Source of the DNA: Patescibacteria group bacterium
Lineage (GTDB): Bacteria; Patescibacteriota; Minisyncoccia; Minisyncoccales; UBA10102
Direction: 5' to 3'
DNA: 64,000 bases
NCBI GenBank assembly: GCA_022563395.1
Contig: JADFNM010000001.1
Location: 462,342-526,341, forward strand
Shown: in pieces, positions 9,855-19,600 of the stretch
Position numbering within the stretch: position 1 is the stretch's first letter
Layout: every line of letters begins with the position of its first letter
Translations under genes and position numbers: made by a program
The notes under the pieces: model-generated
The model's database searches: none
The model's input: only the letters and a program-made list of their open reading frames with translations
Told to the model about the DNA's origin: nothing

Positions 9855-11074
9855 TATACGTTTCCCAGCATAGAGTACATTGGCTGGATCATAGAAATGG
9901 CAAAGAACCCAACGACAGCTCCAATGATAAGCATGAGCACAGGCTCAATGATAGAAGCCAAGTTCCTGGTGATGTTCGTCACCTCTTCCTCAAAAAAGTC
10001 AGCGAGCTTTGCTAAAAGCTCGGCTGTCTGTCCGGTTTCTTCTCCCACCTCAACCATCTGCACCACCACAATAGGATAGAGATTGGTGTGTTGCGAAAGA
10101 ACCTCAGAGAGTTTCACCCCCTTTCGCATTTCTTCAGCTCCTTTAAGCAGCACCTTTCTGAAATGCGTGTTCCCAAGCACGGTTGCGGTCACCTCCAAAG
10201 CGCGAACCATGGGAATGCCAGCTCCAATCAAGGAACTCATGGTGCGGGCAAAAAAAGCAGTATTCACCTTTTTAACAATGGGGCCTACTATGGGGGTTCG
10301 TAAGACCAACGTGTCCACCAGGTTCTTTCCGGCCTTGGTACGCAAGGCCAGATATCCCACAGCCATGCCCCCCAGAGCAAAGAGAATTACAAGATACCAA
10401 AAGCTTGTGAAAAAATCTGCAAAAGAAATAATCGCTCTCGTGCTGGCGGGAAGAGGAACCTGAAGTTCTTCAAACGTGGCAGCAAGATTCGGCACCACCG
10501 TAATGAGCATTAAAATCCCAATGCCAATCATGGCAACTATAATGACTGCAGGATAAACTAAGGCACCCTGAATTTTGGAGCGCAAATCGTGTTCCCGTTC
10601 CAGCTGTAAGGTGAGCTGAGAAAGCACGTTTTCGAGCGTTCCCGACTCTTCACCCGTTCTGATCATATTCACAACAAGGTCGGGGAAAATGCCTGGATAA
10701 AAACTCATGGAGTCAGACAACTGATGTCCCTGCAAAACTCGCTTTCGTATCTCTCCTAGGGCATTCTTCAGTTTCCTTGATTTTGTTTGCAAAGAGAGTA
10801 CCTCAAGAGTTTTGGGCAGGGCAATGCCCGCGACAACCATAACTTTAAGAGTACGCATGAACATGAGCTTTTCTGCCAAGGGGACTCCAAACAGCCCCGA
10901 AAATGCTCCAAGAAACTGAAAACCAGGCTTTTTTAAGCCCCTAAGGTCAGCTTTTGTGAGAATATACCCTTTCTTGCGCAGTCTCCCGGCAAGCTCGTGT
11001 TCATCTTTGGCAAACTCCTCTCCGGTGAGATATTCCCCCTGTTTTGAGATTGCAGTGTACTTGTACTTTGGCAT
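9854..11074 (-). CDS. pilC: Pilus platform protein PilC/GspF
   Basis: GEESGTL and GEETG repeats, IIEP motif. Confidence 0.95.
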   Translation of the reverse strand: MPKYKYTAISKQGEYLTGEEFAKDEHELAGRLRKKGYILTKADLRGLKKPGFQFLGAFSGLFGVPLAEKLMFMRTLKVMVVAGIALPKTLEVLSLQTKSRKLKNALGEIRKRVLQGHQLSDSMSFYPGIFPDLVVNMIRTGEESGTLENVLSQLTLQLEREHDLRSKIQGALVYPAVIIVAMIGIGILMLITVVPNLAATFEELQVPLPASTRAIISFADFFTSFWYLVILFALGGMAVGYLALRTKAGKNLVDTLVLRTPIVGPIVKKVNTAFFARTMSSLIGAGIPMVRALEVTATVLGNTHFRKVLLKGAEEMRKGVKLSEVLSQHTNLYPIVVVQMVEVGEETGQTAELLAKLADFFEEEVTNITRNLASIIEPVLMLIIGAVVGFFAISMIQPMYSMLGNV

Positions 11075-12822
11075 TACTCAGAAATGACTCTCAATACTTC
11101 TTCAATAGAGGTAACACCCTGCGCTGCTTTTAGAAAACCGTCTTGAACCATGGTCGTCATACCCTCTGCCACGGCTTGCTTTTGAATCTGGTCGGCTGTC
11201 GCCTTTTGTACAATGAGGGTTTTTATGGACTCGCTCACGGGAAGCACTTCATAGATTCCAATCCTTCCCTTATATCCATCTTCTGCCTCTTTGCTTGTCT
11301 TTGGCTTGTAAAACGTGATGGAAGAAAGAGTGTCATGTTGCTTGATGACTTTTTCTTCTTCAAAAAGCTTGGTAAGCTGATCAAGGTCACAATAAGAACT
11401 GAGATTCTTGAGGTTTTTGAGAGAGAGTTTGTAGGGCTCTTTTTCTTCAGCAAGTTTCCTGACCAACCGCTGGGCAACAATGACGTTGAGGATTGAGGCA
11501 ATGAGAAAGGGTTCTCCTCCCATTTCAATGAAGCGGGGAATGGCACCAGCAGCACTGTTGGTGTGCAAGGTGGAGAGTACCAGGTGTCCGGTTAAGGCAG
11601 CATTGATTGCAAGCGAGGCGGTTTCTTGGTCTCGAATTTCACCTACCATGATAATGTCTGGGTCTTGCCTCAAAAGAGAGCGGAGCCCTGAAGCAAAGGT
11701 TAGCCCTATCTTGGGGTTCACCTGCGTCTGGTTTATCCTCGGCATACGGTATTCTATCGGGTCTTCCACCGTTGAAATGTTCACATCAGGCGTGTTTAAA
11801 ATCTCCATCGCAGAATACAAGGTGGTGGTTTTCCCGGATCCCGTAGGACCCGTAACCAAGAGCATACCTACGGGTCTTTTCAGCGCATGTTCAATGTATT
11901 CTAGCGCAGCTCCCCGCAATCCCAGTTCTTCTAAGGTAAAGGCCTTTGCGGTTTCAGAAAGCAGGCGCATGACAATCTTTTCTCCGTCAAATACCGGCAA
12001 GATGGACACGCGGACAGAATACTTGTACTCTTCAGTTTTTACCTTAAACCTTCCATCTTGGGGAAGTCGGTGCTCGTCCAATTTCAAAGTGGAAAGCACC
12101 TTGATTCTCGCCACAATGCCAGCGGCTGCTGTTTTGGGAAGCACCATGGCATTTCTCAACACGCCGTCAATGCGATATCTCACCACAACTTCTTTCTCTT
12201 CTGGCTCAATGTGAATATCAGAGGCTCGCTGCAAGATGGCGTGCTTTAAAAGAGTATCGACAATTCTAATGATGGGAAGATCTTCTGCTGCCTTTTCTAA
12301 TTCCTTTGCGCCAGATCCCCGTTCTTCTGCCTTGATTGTCTTAATGTCTCCCACCTCCTTTTTAATAATATCCCCAAATTCAGCTTCCAGAGTCTTTGAA
12401 TACTGCAACAAAACCTGTTTCATGGACTCTGGGGTGGTGAGACGGGGGAGAATCTTTAAGTTTGCCTTCTTTCGAATAAAGTCAATGGTAGCTAAGTCCC
12501 CTGGGTCTAACATTGCAACCTCCAAGTTCTGGCCTGATTTGCGGAGCGCCACAATATTGTGGGACCTTGCAATGGGCTCTGGAATAATCTTTAATACTTC
12601 GGGCGCAATCTTTTCTTTTTCCAGGTTCACAAAAGGAATGCCCAAGATGTAAGCTTCCATCTTGATAACCTCTTCTTCTGATATCAATCCCTCTGCAATC
12701 AAAACATCCCCAAGGCGTTTTCCCTTTTTTACTGCCTCCTTATTTAGTTTCTGCAAAGCCTTTTTCTCAACGAGTCCTGAATCTGAGAGAAAAGCTTGGA
12801 GCTGTTGATCTTCAACCCTCAT
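11074..12822 (-). CDS. pilB: Pilus assembly ATPase PilB
   Basis: ASDIHIEP, GPTGSGKTT, LRQDPD; ATG at 12822. Confidence 0.95.
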   Translation of the reverse strand: MRVEDQQLQAFLSDSGLVEKKALQKLNKEAVKKGKRLGDVLIAEGLISEEEVIKMEAYILGIPFVNLEKEKIAPEVLKIIPEPIARSHNIVALRKSGQNLEVAMLDPGDLATIDFIRKKANLKILPRLTTPESMKQVLLQYSKTLEAEFGDIIKKEVGDIKTIKAEERGSGAKELEKAAEDLPIIRIVDTLLKHAILQRASDIHIEPEEKEVVVRYRIDGVLRNAMVLPKTAAAGIVARIKVLSTLKLDEHRLPQDGRFKVKTEEYKYSVRVSILPVFDGEKIVMRLLSETAKAFTLEELGLRGAALEYIEHALKRPVGMLLVTGPTGSGKTTTLYSAMEILNTPDVNISTVEDPIEYRMPRINQTQVNPKIGLTFASGLRSLLRQDPDIIMVGEIRDQETASLAINAALTGHLVLSTLHTNSAAGAIPRFIEMGGEPFLIASILNVIVAQRLVRKLAEEKEPYKLSLKNLKNLSSYCDLDQLTKLFEEEKVIKQHDTLSSITFYKPKTSKEAEDGYKGRIGIYEVLPVSESIKTLIVQKATADQIQKQAVAEGMTTMVQDGFLKAAQGVTSIEEVLRVISE

Positions 12823-13189
12823 TGTTCTCGAGTTCTCTTTTGACCTTTTGAACCACTTCTTCAAGATCGTAGTTGGACTTCACAAGGTAGGTGGTAGCTC
12901 CCAGGTCCGTTGCCCGTTGAACATCCTCTAGGTTTTCCAGGTTGGTCAAGACAATGACGGGAATGCCCTTTGTTTCATCATCTCCACGGAGCTGTTCTAA
13001 CACCTCAAATCCCGTTATCTTGGGAAGAACAAGGTCTAAGAGTATAAGGTCTGGGGTTTTCTCTTTTGCCAGTCTCACCCCTGCTTCTCCGTCCAAGGCA
13101 GAAAATACCTCGTATCCCTCTTGCGACAGCACGTCGCCCATGGTCTTTTGCAAAGCTGCTTCGTCTTCAATGAGTAAAATTGTTTTCAT
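12812..13189 (-). CDS. Stand-alone response regulator receiver
   Basis: IEDE, LLDL, TN, LVK; no output domain. Confidence 0.92.
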   Translation of the reverse strand: MKTILLIEDEAALQKTMGDVLSQEGYEVFSALDGEAGVRLAKEKTPDLILLDLVLPKITGFEVLEQLRGDDETKGIPVIVLTNLENLEDVQRATDLGATTYLVKSNYDLEEVVQKVKRELENNEG

Positions 13190-14160
13190 GATGCGTATGG
13201 TATGGTAAACCAGAATGTCGACCCTTTGTGTTCTATAGAATGAAATCCCATTTCTCCTCCAGATCTTTTAACTATAGCTCTGGCAATATATAATCCGAGG
13301 CCGGATCCTTGGGTTTCATGGCGCAGTACGTTGCCGGAACGAAAAAACTTCTGAAATAGGTACTTTTGGTCTTCTTTTGGAATGCCCACCCCTGTATCTT
13401 CAATCTCAAAACGGAGATTTTTCCCTTTGTCTTTCAGGCGCATGGTGACTAAATGTTCTCTTGCTGTGTCCTGTAAAACCGCACTCTTGGTCTTACCTGT
13501 ATATTTAATGGCATTGTCCAAAAGGTTGGAAAGAACCTGCCGAATCTGCAAGGGATCGGCAAACACCTTGGGAATCTTTTTTGGGGACTCCAAGCGTAGT
13601 GTAATGTTGGTAGCTTGTATCATGGGTTGAAAGTTTAAAACAACTTCTTTGAGCAGGTCTTCAAACGAAAACTCCTCACGTTTCGTCACCAACCCTCCTT
13701 CCTCAATGCGAGATACCATCAAGAGATTGTTCACCAGCTCTTGCATCCGAGAAGAGTTTTCTTTGAGCATTAAAAAGTATTCCTCTTGATTGGCGTTTCC
13801 TTTCCTAGACACCAAGAGGTCTGCTATCCATTTCATGTTTGAGAGGGGAGCACGGAGCTGGTGGGACACAATACTCACAAACTCGGACTTTAATCTGGAG
13901 GCTTCGGCCAGTCGCTCAAAGCTTCTTTCAATGATAAAGGCGAGAACGAGCAAAACCAAGGTTAGAACGATAATAAAAAGAGCAGCAATGTGCGGGTCTT
14001 CAATATATCTTCTCCCCAAGATGTAAGAAAGAATAGAGGAGACAACGATAATAATCCCCATGACCAGAAACAGAAACTGCGGGTGCTGCCACAAAGGAAT
14101 CCCGTATTTCCTTGCCTGCTTGACAATATTCAACTCGGCTTGCAGTTCCTTCAAACCCAT
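13186..14160 (-). CDS. Membrane sensor histidine kinase
   Basis: 2 TM, SHQLRAP H-box, NAIKY, GSGLGL; ATG at 14160. Confidence 0.92.
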   Translation of the reverse strand: MGLKELQAELNIVKQARKYGIPLWQHPQFLFLVMGIIIVVSSILSYILGRRYIEDPHIAALFIIVLTLVLLVLAFIIERSFERLAEASRLKSEFVSIVSHQLRAPLSNMKWIADLLVSRKGNANQEEYFLMLKENSSRMQELVNNLLMVSRIEEGGLVTKREEFSFEDLLKEVVLNFQPMIQATNITLRLESPKKIPKVFADPLQIRQVLSNLLDNAIKYTGKTKSAVLQDTAREHLVTMRLKDKGKNLRFEIEDTGVGIPKEDQKYLFQKFFRSGNVLRHETQGSGLGLYIARAIVKRSGGEMGFHSIEHKGSTFWFTIPYAS

Positions 14161-14168
14161 TTGTGTAG

Positions 14169-14253
14169 TATACCCCGTTAGAAGTTCCCTTCGCAAGCAA
14201 TGTTGCCCCTTTAAGGCGGTACAACCTGGATGCTTAACTTCTAACGGGGTATA
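14169..14253. repeat. MITE-like element with CCCGTTAGAAGT terminal inverted repeats, copy 1
   Basis: 18-bp perfect TIR TATACCCCGTTAGAAGTT. Confidence 0.85.
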
Positions 14254-14300
14254 TCACGGATTGAAAAAGAAGAGCAAAAATGGTATAAGAAAATACGCTG

Positions 14301-14371
14301 CGGGGTGTCGTATAATGGTAGTATGCTTGCTTTGGGAGCATGTGGCTCAGGTTCGATTCCTGGCACCCCGA
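14301..14371 (+). tRNA. tRNA-Pro(UGG)
   Basis: CGGGGTG acceptor, ttTGGga loop; upstream TTGAAA-N17-TATAAG. Confidence 0.95.
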
Positions 14372-14407
14372 CAAGAAACGGAAACAAGTTCTCCTTAAGT
14401 TTAGAAT

Positions 14408-14481
14408 GCGGGTGTAGCACAATGGTAGTGCTTCTGGTTTCCAACCAGACTACGAGGGTTCGATTCCCTTCACCCGCTCCA
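14408..14481 (+). tRNA. tRNA-Gly(UCC) with CCA
   Basis: GCGGGTG acceptor, ttTCCaa loop. Confidence 0.95.
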
Positions 14482-14663
14482 AGACCAAAGACAAATCTTT
14501 TTTACTTACTTCGCGGTGGGCATCCGCAATGGATGCCCATTGTTTTTGAGCCAATGATTTTTTAACTTACTTGCTTACCCCACCCTTCCCGTACACGTGT
14601 TACATTTTGCCGACTTCAAATCAATGATTTCAAATCGGCAAACTCCCATTTTATTAATTTTCT

Positions 14664-15236
14664 TTATATCGTTATTATAAGCCGACGTAGTTCTTTGAAA
14701 AACTTCCCACCTAAAAGACTATCATCTACTGTATTAAGTATTTTAATTGCTTTTGCTGGTGAGGGCAGGGATTGAAAGGGAAGACTCTTAATCATTGCAT
14801 TAAAAAGGGATAGCTCTGAAACAATATCAGGGAAAAACGATTTCGTCATCGAATAAGTAAGTGCTGCGCGGTAATAAGAAAGAAAAGGAGTGACTATTAA
14901 AAACATTATTAAGAAAACAATTAAGATCTTTTTAAAATTAAGTAAAGAGAACTTCTGCATCAGAAAATAAAGAAATAAGAATAAAACCATAATAGAAACT
15001 AAAAGATATGCGGGATATAAAACTGCTTGAAGCCATAATGGAAAAAAGAGAAGTAAGCGTGATAGATCTATAAGCCAAAAAACAAAAAATCCTACTTCAT
15101 ATAAGAAAATTAATTTTAACACTGCTGAAAATTTAGCTAACCGATTAAAGAGTTTAATTAAGAGATAAAATATCCCTATATTTACTAGAAAAGCTAAAAG
15201 GATTGTAATTGCCTCTAAAATTATAAAATATGTCAT
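14664..15236 (-). CDS. AT-rich multi-pass membrane protein
   Basis: About 4 hydrophobic segments, very low GC. Confidence 0.7.
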   Translation of the reverse strand: MTYFIILEAITILLAFLVNIGIFYLLIKLFNRLAKFSAVLKLIFLYEVGFFVFWLIDLSRLLLFFPLWLQAVLYPAYLLVSIMVLFLFLYFLMQKFSLLNFKKILIVFLIMFLIVTPFLSYYRAALTYSMTKSFFPDIVSELSLFNAMIKSLPFQSLPSPAKAIKILNTVDDSLLGGKFFKELRRLIITI

Positions 15237-15242
15237 AATTTT

Positions 15243-15416
15243 TTACTCAAAAAATCTAAAGGTAGAAAGCAACTTATTTATTATTTCATCCTTCAGGGGA
15301 TCGCTTTTGGTGATTATATAAAAAGTCTGATTGTTTTCTGATATAAAAAATAATTTCAGTAGAAGAAACTTTTTCGTGTACTCTCCAGTCGTACCAGTTG
15401 TAACTGACTTTATCAT
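15243..15416 (-). pseudogene. Probable 3' remnant of a PsbP-like surface protein gene
   Basis: 57-aa ORF ending IINKLLSTFRFFE; no N-terminal part. Confidence 0.4.
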
Positions 15417-15503
15417 CTATTTCACCGAGGGTAAAACTTCCCAATGCCGAGTTCCAAGTCTAAAATCTAGACCTGTTACATTATACAATGTCAAGAGCTA
15501 ACT

Positions 15504-15532
15504 AGAAAGCCGCCTTTCACGGGCGGCTTTCT
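15504..15532. terminator. Hairpin terminator downstream of rny
   Basis: AGAAAGCCGCC/GGCGGCTTTCT stem. Confidence 0.7.
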
Positions 15533-15551
15533 GTTTCTAAGGCGCATATAT

Positions 15552-15587
15552 CCTAAATGAAATTAAAGCATCCTTAATTTCATTAAG
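15552..15587. repeat. CCTWAAYGARATTWAGG palindrome family, inverted pair
   Basis: cctaaatgaaattaaag + cttaatttcattaag. Confidence 0.8.
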
Positions 15588-15590
15588 AAA

Positions 15591-17084
15591 CTAGCGCGCA
15601 TACTCTACAAATCTATTCTCCCGCACAAGGGTTACCTTAATTTCCCCTGGGTAGCGAAGCTCCTCCTCAATTCTTCCCGCAATGTCTTTTGTGAGTTTCT
15701 CTGCCTCAACGTCAGACACTTCTTTTGGTTTTACAAATACCCTGATCTCTCTTCCCGCCTGAATGGCATAGGACTTTTCAACACCCTCAAAAGAATTGGT
15801 AACGTTCTCCAATTCCGCAATCCTTTTCAGGTAGTTTTCCAAACTGTCTTTTCTTGCTCCGGGGCGGGCTGCTGAAATGGCGTCTGCTGCCTGTACCAAA
15901 ACCGCTTCAATGGTCTCATACGGATACTGCTCATGGTGAGACTTCATGGCATCAATCACTTCCTTTTCTGCTCCAAACTTCTCCAGCACGCGCATGCCAA
16001 TGTCAATGTGGGAACCTTCTACCTGGTGATCCAAGGCCTTTCCAATGTCATGAAACAGTCCTGCTTTCTTTGCAATAGCAATATTCATTCCAATCTCTGC
16101 TGCCAAAGCTCCTGCCAGATGAGCCACCTCTATGGAGTGCAAGAGAACGTTCTGGCCGTAAGAGGTTCTGAACTTGAGTCTTCCCAGCAGCTGTATAAGC
16201 TTTGGGTCGCTTCCCACAATTCCAACGTCAAAGACCGCAGCTTCTCCTGCTTCTTTAATCTGCTGCTCAATCTCCTGTTCTACCTTTTCCACTTCTTCTT
16301 CAACGCGCGTTGGATGAATCCTGCCATCTTTCATCAGGCGTTCTAAGGCAACCTTTGCAATGTGGCGGCGCAAGGGGTCAAATCCAGAGATGACCACGGC
16401 TTCTGGGGTTTCGTCAACAATGATCTCAACTCCGGCTGCCCGTTCCAAGGCACGAATATTCCTTCCTTCCTTCCCAATGATTTTTCCTTTCATGTCTTCG
16501 GAAGGCAAGGGAACCGTAGTGCTAGAAATCTCTTGCACCTGAGAAACCGCAGTCTTTTGAATAGCATACGCAAGAATCTCTTTTGCTCTGTTTTCAAAGC
16601 GTTCCTGGCCCTCGGCTTCAAGCTTCCGGATTCTGCCCAAGATATCTTTCTCGTAGCTTTCCTCAACACCTTTAAACAACTGTTCTTTTGCTTCTTCACG
16701 GGAGAGCTTTGCTACCTGCTCGAGCTTTTGCAAAGTCTCGTTCTTGCTTTCGGCTAACTTCTGTTCTTCCTTTTTGAGTTTTTCTACTTTGGCAAAAAAC
16801 TCCTGCTCCTTTTCTTCATACAAAGAAAGCTTGTCGCCTAAGGCGACCTCGCGCTTTAAGAGTAATTGTTCTGTTCCAAGCAGAGCTTTTCTGCGCTCGT
16901 CTTCTTGGCTTTTAGCTTTTGAAAGAAGTGCTTCTGCTTCTTTCTCTGCTTGAGCTACTTTCTTTTGCAGCCGCTGCTCTACGGTTCCGGCTTGGCGCTT
17001 TGCAAGGGATTGTCTCAACAAGTAGCCGAGAAAAATTCCCAGTGCCAAAGCCCCAAAGCCTGCCAAAAGGATTTGGGTTGTCAT
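15591..17084 (-). CDS. rny: Ribonuclease Y
   Basis: TM, coiled coil, KH (GKIIGKEGRNIR), HD (RTSYGQN, HDIGK). Confidence 0.97.
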   Translation of the reverse strand: MTTQILLAGFGALALGIFLGYLLRQSLAKRQAGTVEQRLQKKVAQAEKEAEALLSKAKSQEDERRKALLGTEQLLLKREVALGDKLSLYEEKEQEFFAKVEKLKKEEQKLAESKNETLQKLEQVAKLSREEAKEQLFKGVEESYEKDILGRIRKLEAEGQERFENRAKEILAYAIQKTAVSQVQEISSTTVPLPSEDMKGKIIGKEGRNIRALERAAGVEIIVDETPEAVVISGFDPLRRHIAKVALERLMKDGRIHPTRVEEEVEKVEQEIEQQIKEAGEAAVFDVGIVGSDPKLIQLLGRLKFRTSYGQNVLLHSIEVAHLAGALAAEIGMNIAIAKKAGLFHDIGKALDHQVEGSHIDIGMRVLEKFGAEKEVIDAMKSHHEQYPYETIEAVLVQAADAISAARPGARKDSLENYLKRIAELENVTNSFEGVEKSYAIQAGREIRVFVKPKEVSDVEAEKLTKDIAGRIEEELRYPGEIKVTLVRENRFVEYAR

Positions 17085-17191
17085 AGAGAATATTGAGCGA
17101 TTGGATTGTATTGTTCATCCAAGGGTCAAAGTTACCTGGTAGTTAATTCCTAAGAATACACTACCAGATTTCCCTTCCCTTGTCAAAGGCC

Positions 17192-17896
17192 TCAAAAGCT
17201 CCGAAGAATCGCGGGGAGCCCCCTGGCCAAGAGGATGATGGCAAAGGCGATGACCGCCCACAGCAGGATGGTCCTGGCCCTCAAGATCTTTTCCGGCGCG
17301 CCTCCGGCCGTAAGCAAAAGGATACCCCCATACAGGATAATGATGGGGAGGACAACCACGGCAATGCCAAAGAGGAAGTTAAGAACGTTCTCCAGCAGCT
17401 CTTGTAGGGTTTCAGAAGAGATGGGGTTAAGGTCAGACGGGCTAATGATGGGAGGCCCCCCTCCACCAGGTCCCCCTCCGCCAGGCCCCCCTCCTGGCGG
17501 CGGCTGGACTACGACCGGATCCTGCTCAGTGGAAAAGGTTGCCGGCGAGGAATCGTCAATAGGACTTCCGGCCGAATTGTAGGCGGTCACCTTCCAAGTA
17601 TAGGAATCTGCGAACTCAATCCTTCCAATGGAAAGAGCCAAGAAAGGAAAGGTACACGTGCCTCCAGCACACACCCCAGAAGAGATGTTGTCTTGAGATT
17701 CCGTAAACTTGGTTGGATTCGAGTGAAGAATATCCAAAACATACTTTGTGGCAAGTGGAATCTCCTGCCATTGGAAATGGGCGTCCACCTCCACATTTGT
17801 TGCTCCGTTCGTGGGAGCAAAGGTATCAAAGGCAAGAGCGCTGACAGGAGAGAGCAGGAGTGCGAGGGAAAACGTTAGGAGAAGAACCGGTTTCAT
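17192..17896 (-). CDS. Signal peptide + Fn3-like domain + Pro/Gly linker + C-terminal VirB2/TrbC-like pilin domain
   Basis: YTWKVTAYN; LNPI...LLENVLNFL...YGG..LLTAGG.PEKI..AR..LLWA. Confidence 0.8.
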   Translation of the reverse strand: MKPVLLLTFSLALLLSPVSALAFDTFAPTNGATNVEVDAHFQWQEIPLATKYVLDILHSNPTKFTESQDNISSGVCAGGTCTFPFLALSIGRIEFADSYTWKVTAYNSAGSPIDDSSPATFSTEQDPVVVQPPPGGGPGGGGPGGGGPPIISPSDLNPISSETLQELLENVLNFLFGIAVVVLPIIILYGGILLLTAGGAPEKILRARTILLWAVIAFAIILLARGLPAILRSF

Positions 17897-17920
17897 TGAT
17901 TCAGTATATCAAGCATTGAT

Positions 17921-18943
17921 TTACTCCACAATCACCCAGGCCGTAGCACACGTTGCCGTTGCCCCGCTTAAGTCTCTGACTTCAACCTTTGGCATAAACG
18001 TCCCGAGACGCGCGTAGGAATGGAACGGAGAAGAATATTGTGACGTGTCCCCATCCCCAAAACTCCAGGAAAAGGAGAGTTGGTCTCCGTCGGGGTCCGT
18101 GGCTTGCGTCTCAAACCGAAACTCGGTGGTCCGGTCCCCCCGGCCAGGGGTAACCCGACAGAAGCTGATCTCGGGGCTTTTATTCACAAACACCCGGAAC
18201 GGCACCGATTCCCCGGAAGCTACGTTTCCTGCCGCATCAGAACAGACAAAGGCGCCCCCGTACTCGCCGGGCACAGAAAAGGCGTGTAAAAAAGATACGC
18301 TGCAAGCTTCTCCCTCCTGGCAGGGCAAGGGGGAGAGAAAAACGTCTGCCTCCAGCACTTTTCTGTCTACAAAGAAGGCGCATCCCGTTATCTTGCCGTT
18401 GTCTGAAACCGTTGCTTCAATAATATACTCCTCCCCCGGCTGGACAATGGGAGGTAGGGAGGCCTTCCCCACCTCAGGACCGTTAAGGTCAATGAGGAAC
18501 ACGGCACTCTCCCAGGAAGATTCGTTCCCCGCCTTGTCGAATGCCTTGCTGGACAGCAGGCATCTTCCAGCAGAAGAGGTGGCATCAAATGTGGAGGAGC
18601 ACGTCTGCCCCTGCCCGACCGAGACAAACACCCGAACTTCCTGGCAGGGGCGGACTCCCCCAACAGCCTGCCTTGTTCCAAGGTCCTGAATGATGTACTG
18701 ACATTGGTGTTTCTCTGCGAAACCAGAATCGAGATCAGAATCAAGAATCGTGGCGAGAAATCCCTTGCTGTGCCAGGACTTGTCCTGCGGGAAGAAGATG
18801 GCCGTAAAAGGAGGAAGGGTATCACTTAAGACATCCGGCTGCTCGGCTTCTTGGGGGGATTCTCTCAGCAAGAACCCCACGGCAAACACCAGCAAAAGAA
18901 CGCCAAGTCCAACAAAGAAGAAGGCAAGGTATCGTCTTCTCAT
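17921..18943 (-). CDS. Membrane-anchored Ig-like/PKD domain protein
   Basis: DKAGN/DAAGN motifs, DPDGD..FSWSFGDG. Confidence 0.8.
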   Translation of the reverse strand: MRRRYLAFFFVGLGVLLLVFAVGFLLRESPQEAEQPDVLSDTLPPFTAIFFPQDKSWHSKGFLATILDSDLDSGFAEKHQCQYIIQDLGTRQAVGGVRPCQEVRVFVSVGQGQTCSSTFDATSSAGRCLLSSKAFDKAGNESSWESAVFLIDLNGPEVGKASLPPIVQPGEEYIIEATVSDNGKITGCAFFVDRKVLEADVFLSPLPCQEGEACSVSFLHAFSVPGEYGGAFVCSDAAGNVASGESVPFRVFVNKSPEISFCRVTPGRGDRTTEFRFETQATDPDGDQLSFSWSFGDGDTSQYSSPFHSYARLGTFMPKVEVRDLSGATATCATAWVIVE

Positions 18944-18972
18944 TTCCGCATTCTACCACGAAAGAATCAAAA

Positions 18973-18994
18973 ACGCGCAGGGTTTCCTGCGCGT
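18973..18994 (-). terminator. clpP terminator
   Basis: ACGCGCAGG stem, T-run on the minus strand. Confidence 0.7.
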
Positions 18995-19003
18995 CCTCTC
19001 CTC

Positions 19004-19591
19004 TCATCCCGACTTTGCCTTGATTACCTGATCAATTAAACCGTAAGTTTTTGCTTCCTCGGCTGTCATATAGTAATCGCGGTCCGTATCCTTTTCAATT
19101 TTTTCCATGGGTTGCCCCGTGTACTTTACCAGAATCTTGTTTAAGCGTTCTTTCATCCTCACGATTTCCTTGGCTGCAATCTCAATCTCAGAGGCCTGGC
19201 CCTGGGCTCCTCCTATGGGCTGGTGAATTAAAATTTGGGAGTTAGGCAGGGCAAAGCGCTTTCCTTTCTCGCCCGCTGCCAACAGCAGGGCTCCCATGGA
19301 GGCTGCCATGCCAACACATACCGTGTGTACGGGCGACTTTATATACTGCATGGTGTCATAGATGGCAAGCCCAGAGGAAATGATGCCGCCCGGGGTATTG
19401 ATGTAGAACTGAATGGGTTTTTCTGCATCACGTGAAGCCAAAAACAAGAACTGGGCAATAATGGAGTTTGCCACTACGTCGTTAATGGGGGCCCCCAAAA
19501 AAACGATGCGGTCTCGCAAAAGACGAGAATAGATGTCGTAGGCCCGCTCCCCATATTGAGTCTTTTCAATAACGGTTGGAATAAGATTCAT
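19004..19591 (-). CDS. clpP: Clp protease proteolytic subunit
   Basis: [19 protein letters not shown]. Confidence 0.97.
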   Translation of the reverse strand: MNLIPTVIEKTQYGERAYDIYSRLLRDRIVFLGAPINDVVANSIIAQFLFLASRDAEKPIQFYINTPGGIISSGLAIYDTMQYIKSPVHTVCVGMAASMGALLLAAGEKGKRFALPNSQILIHQPIGGAQGQASEIEIAAKEIVRMKERLNKILVKYTGQPMEKIEKDTDRDYYMTAEEAKTYGLIDQVIKAKSG

Positions 19592-19600
19592 AATGTTATC

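Noticed and set aside
11480..12652. Long antisense ORFs (also 18045-18689, 42400-43044, 53496-54095)
   Set aside because: Shadows of well-supported genes on the other strand
14234..14565. ORFs over tRNA-Pro/Gly (also 26100-26400)
   Set aside because: Translations of tRNA sequence
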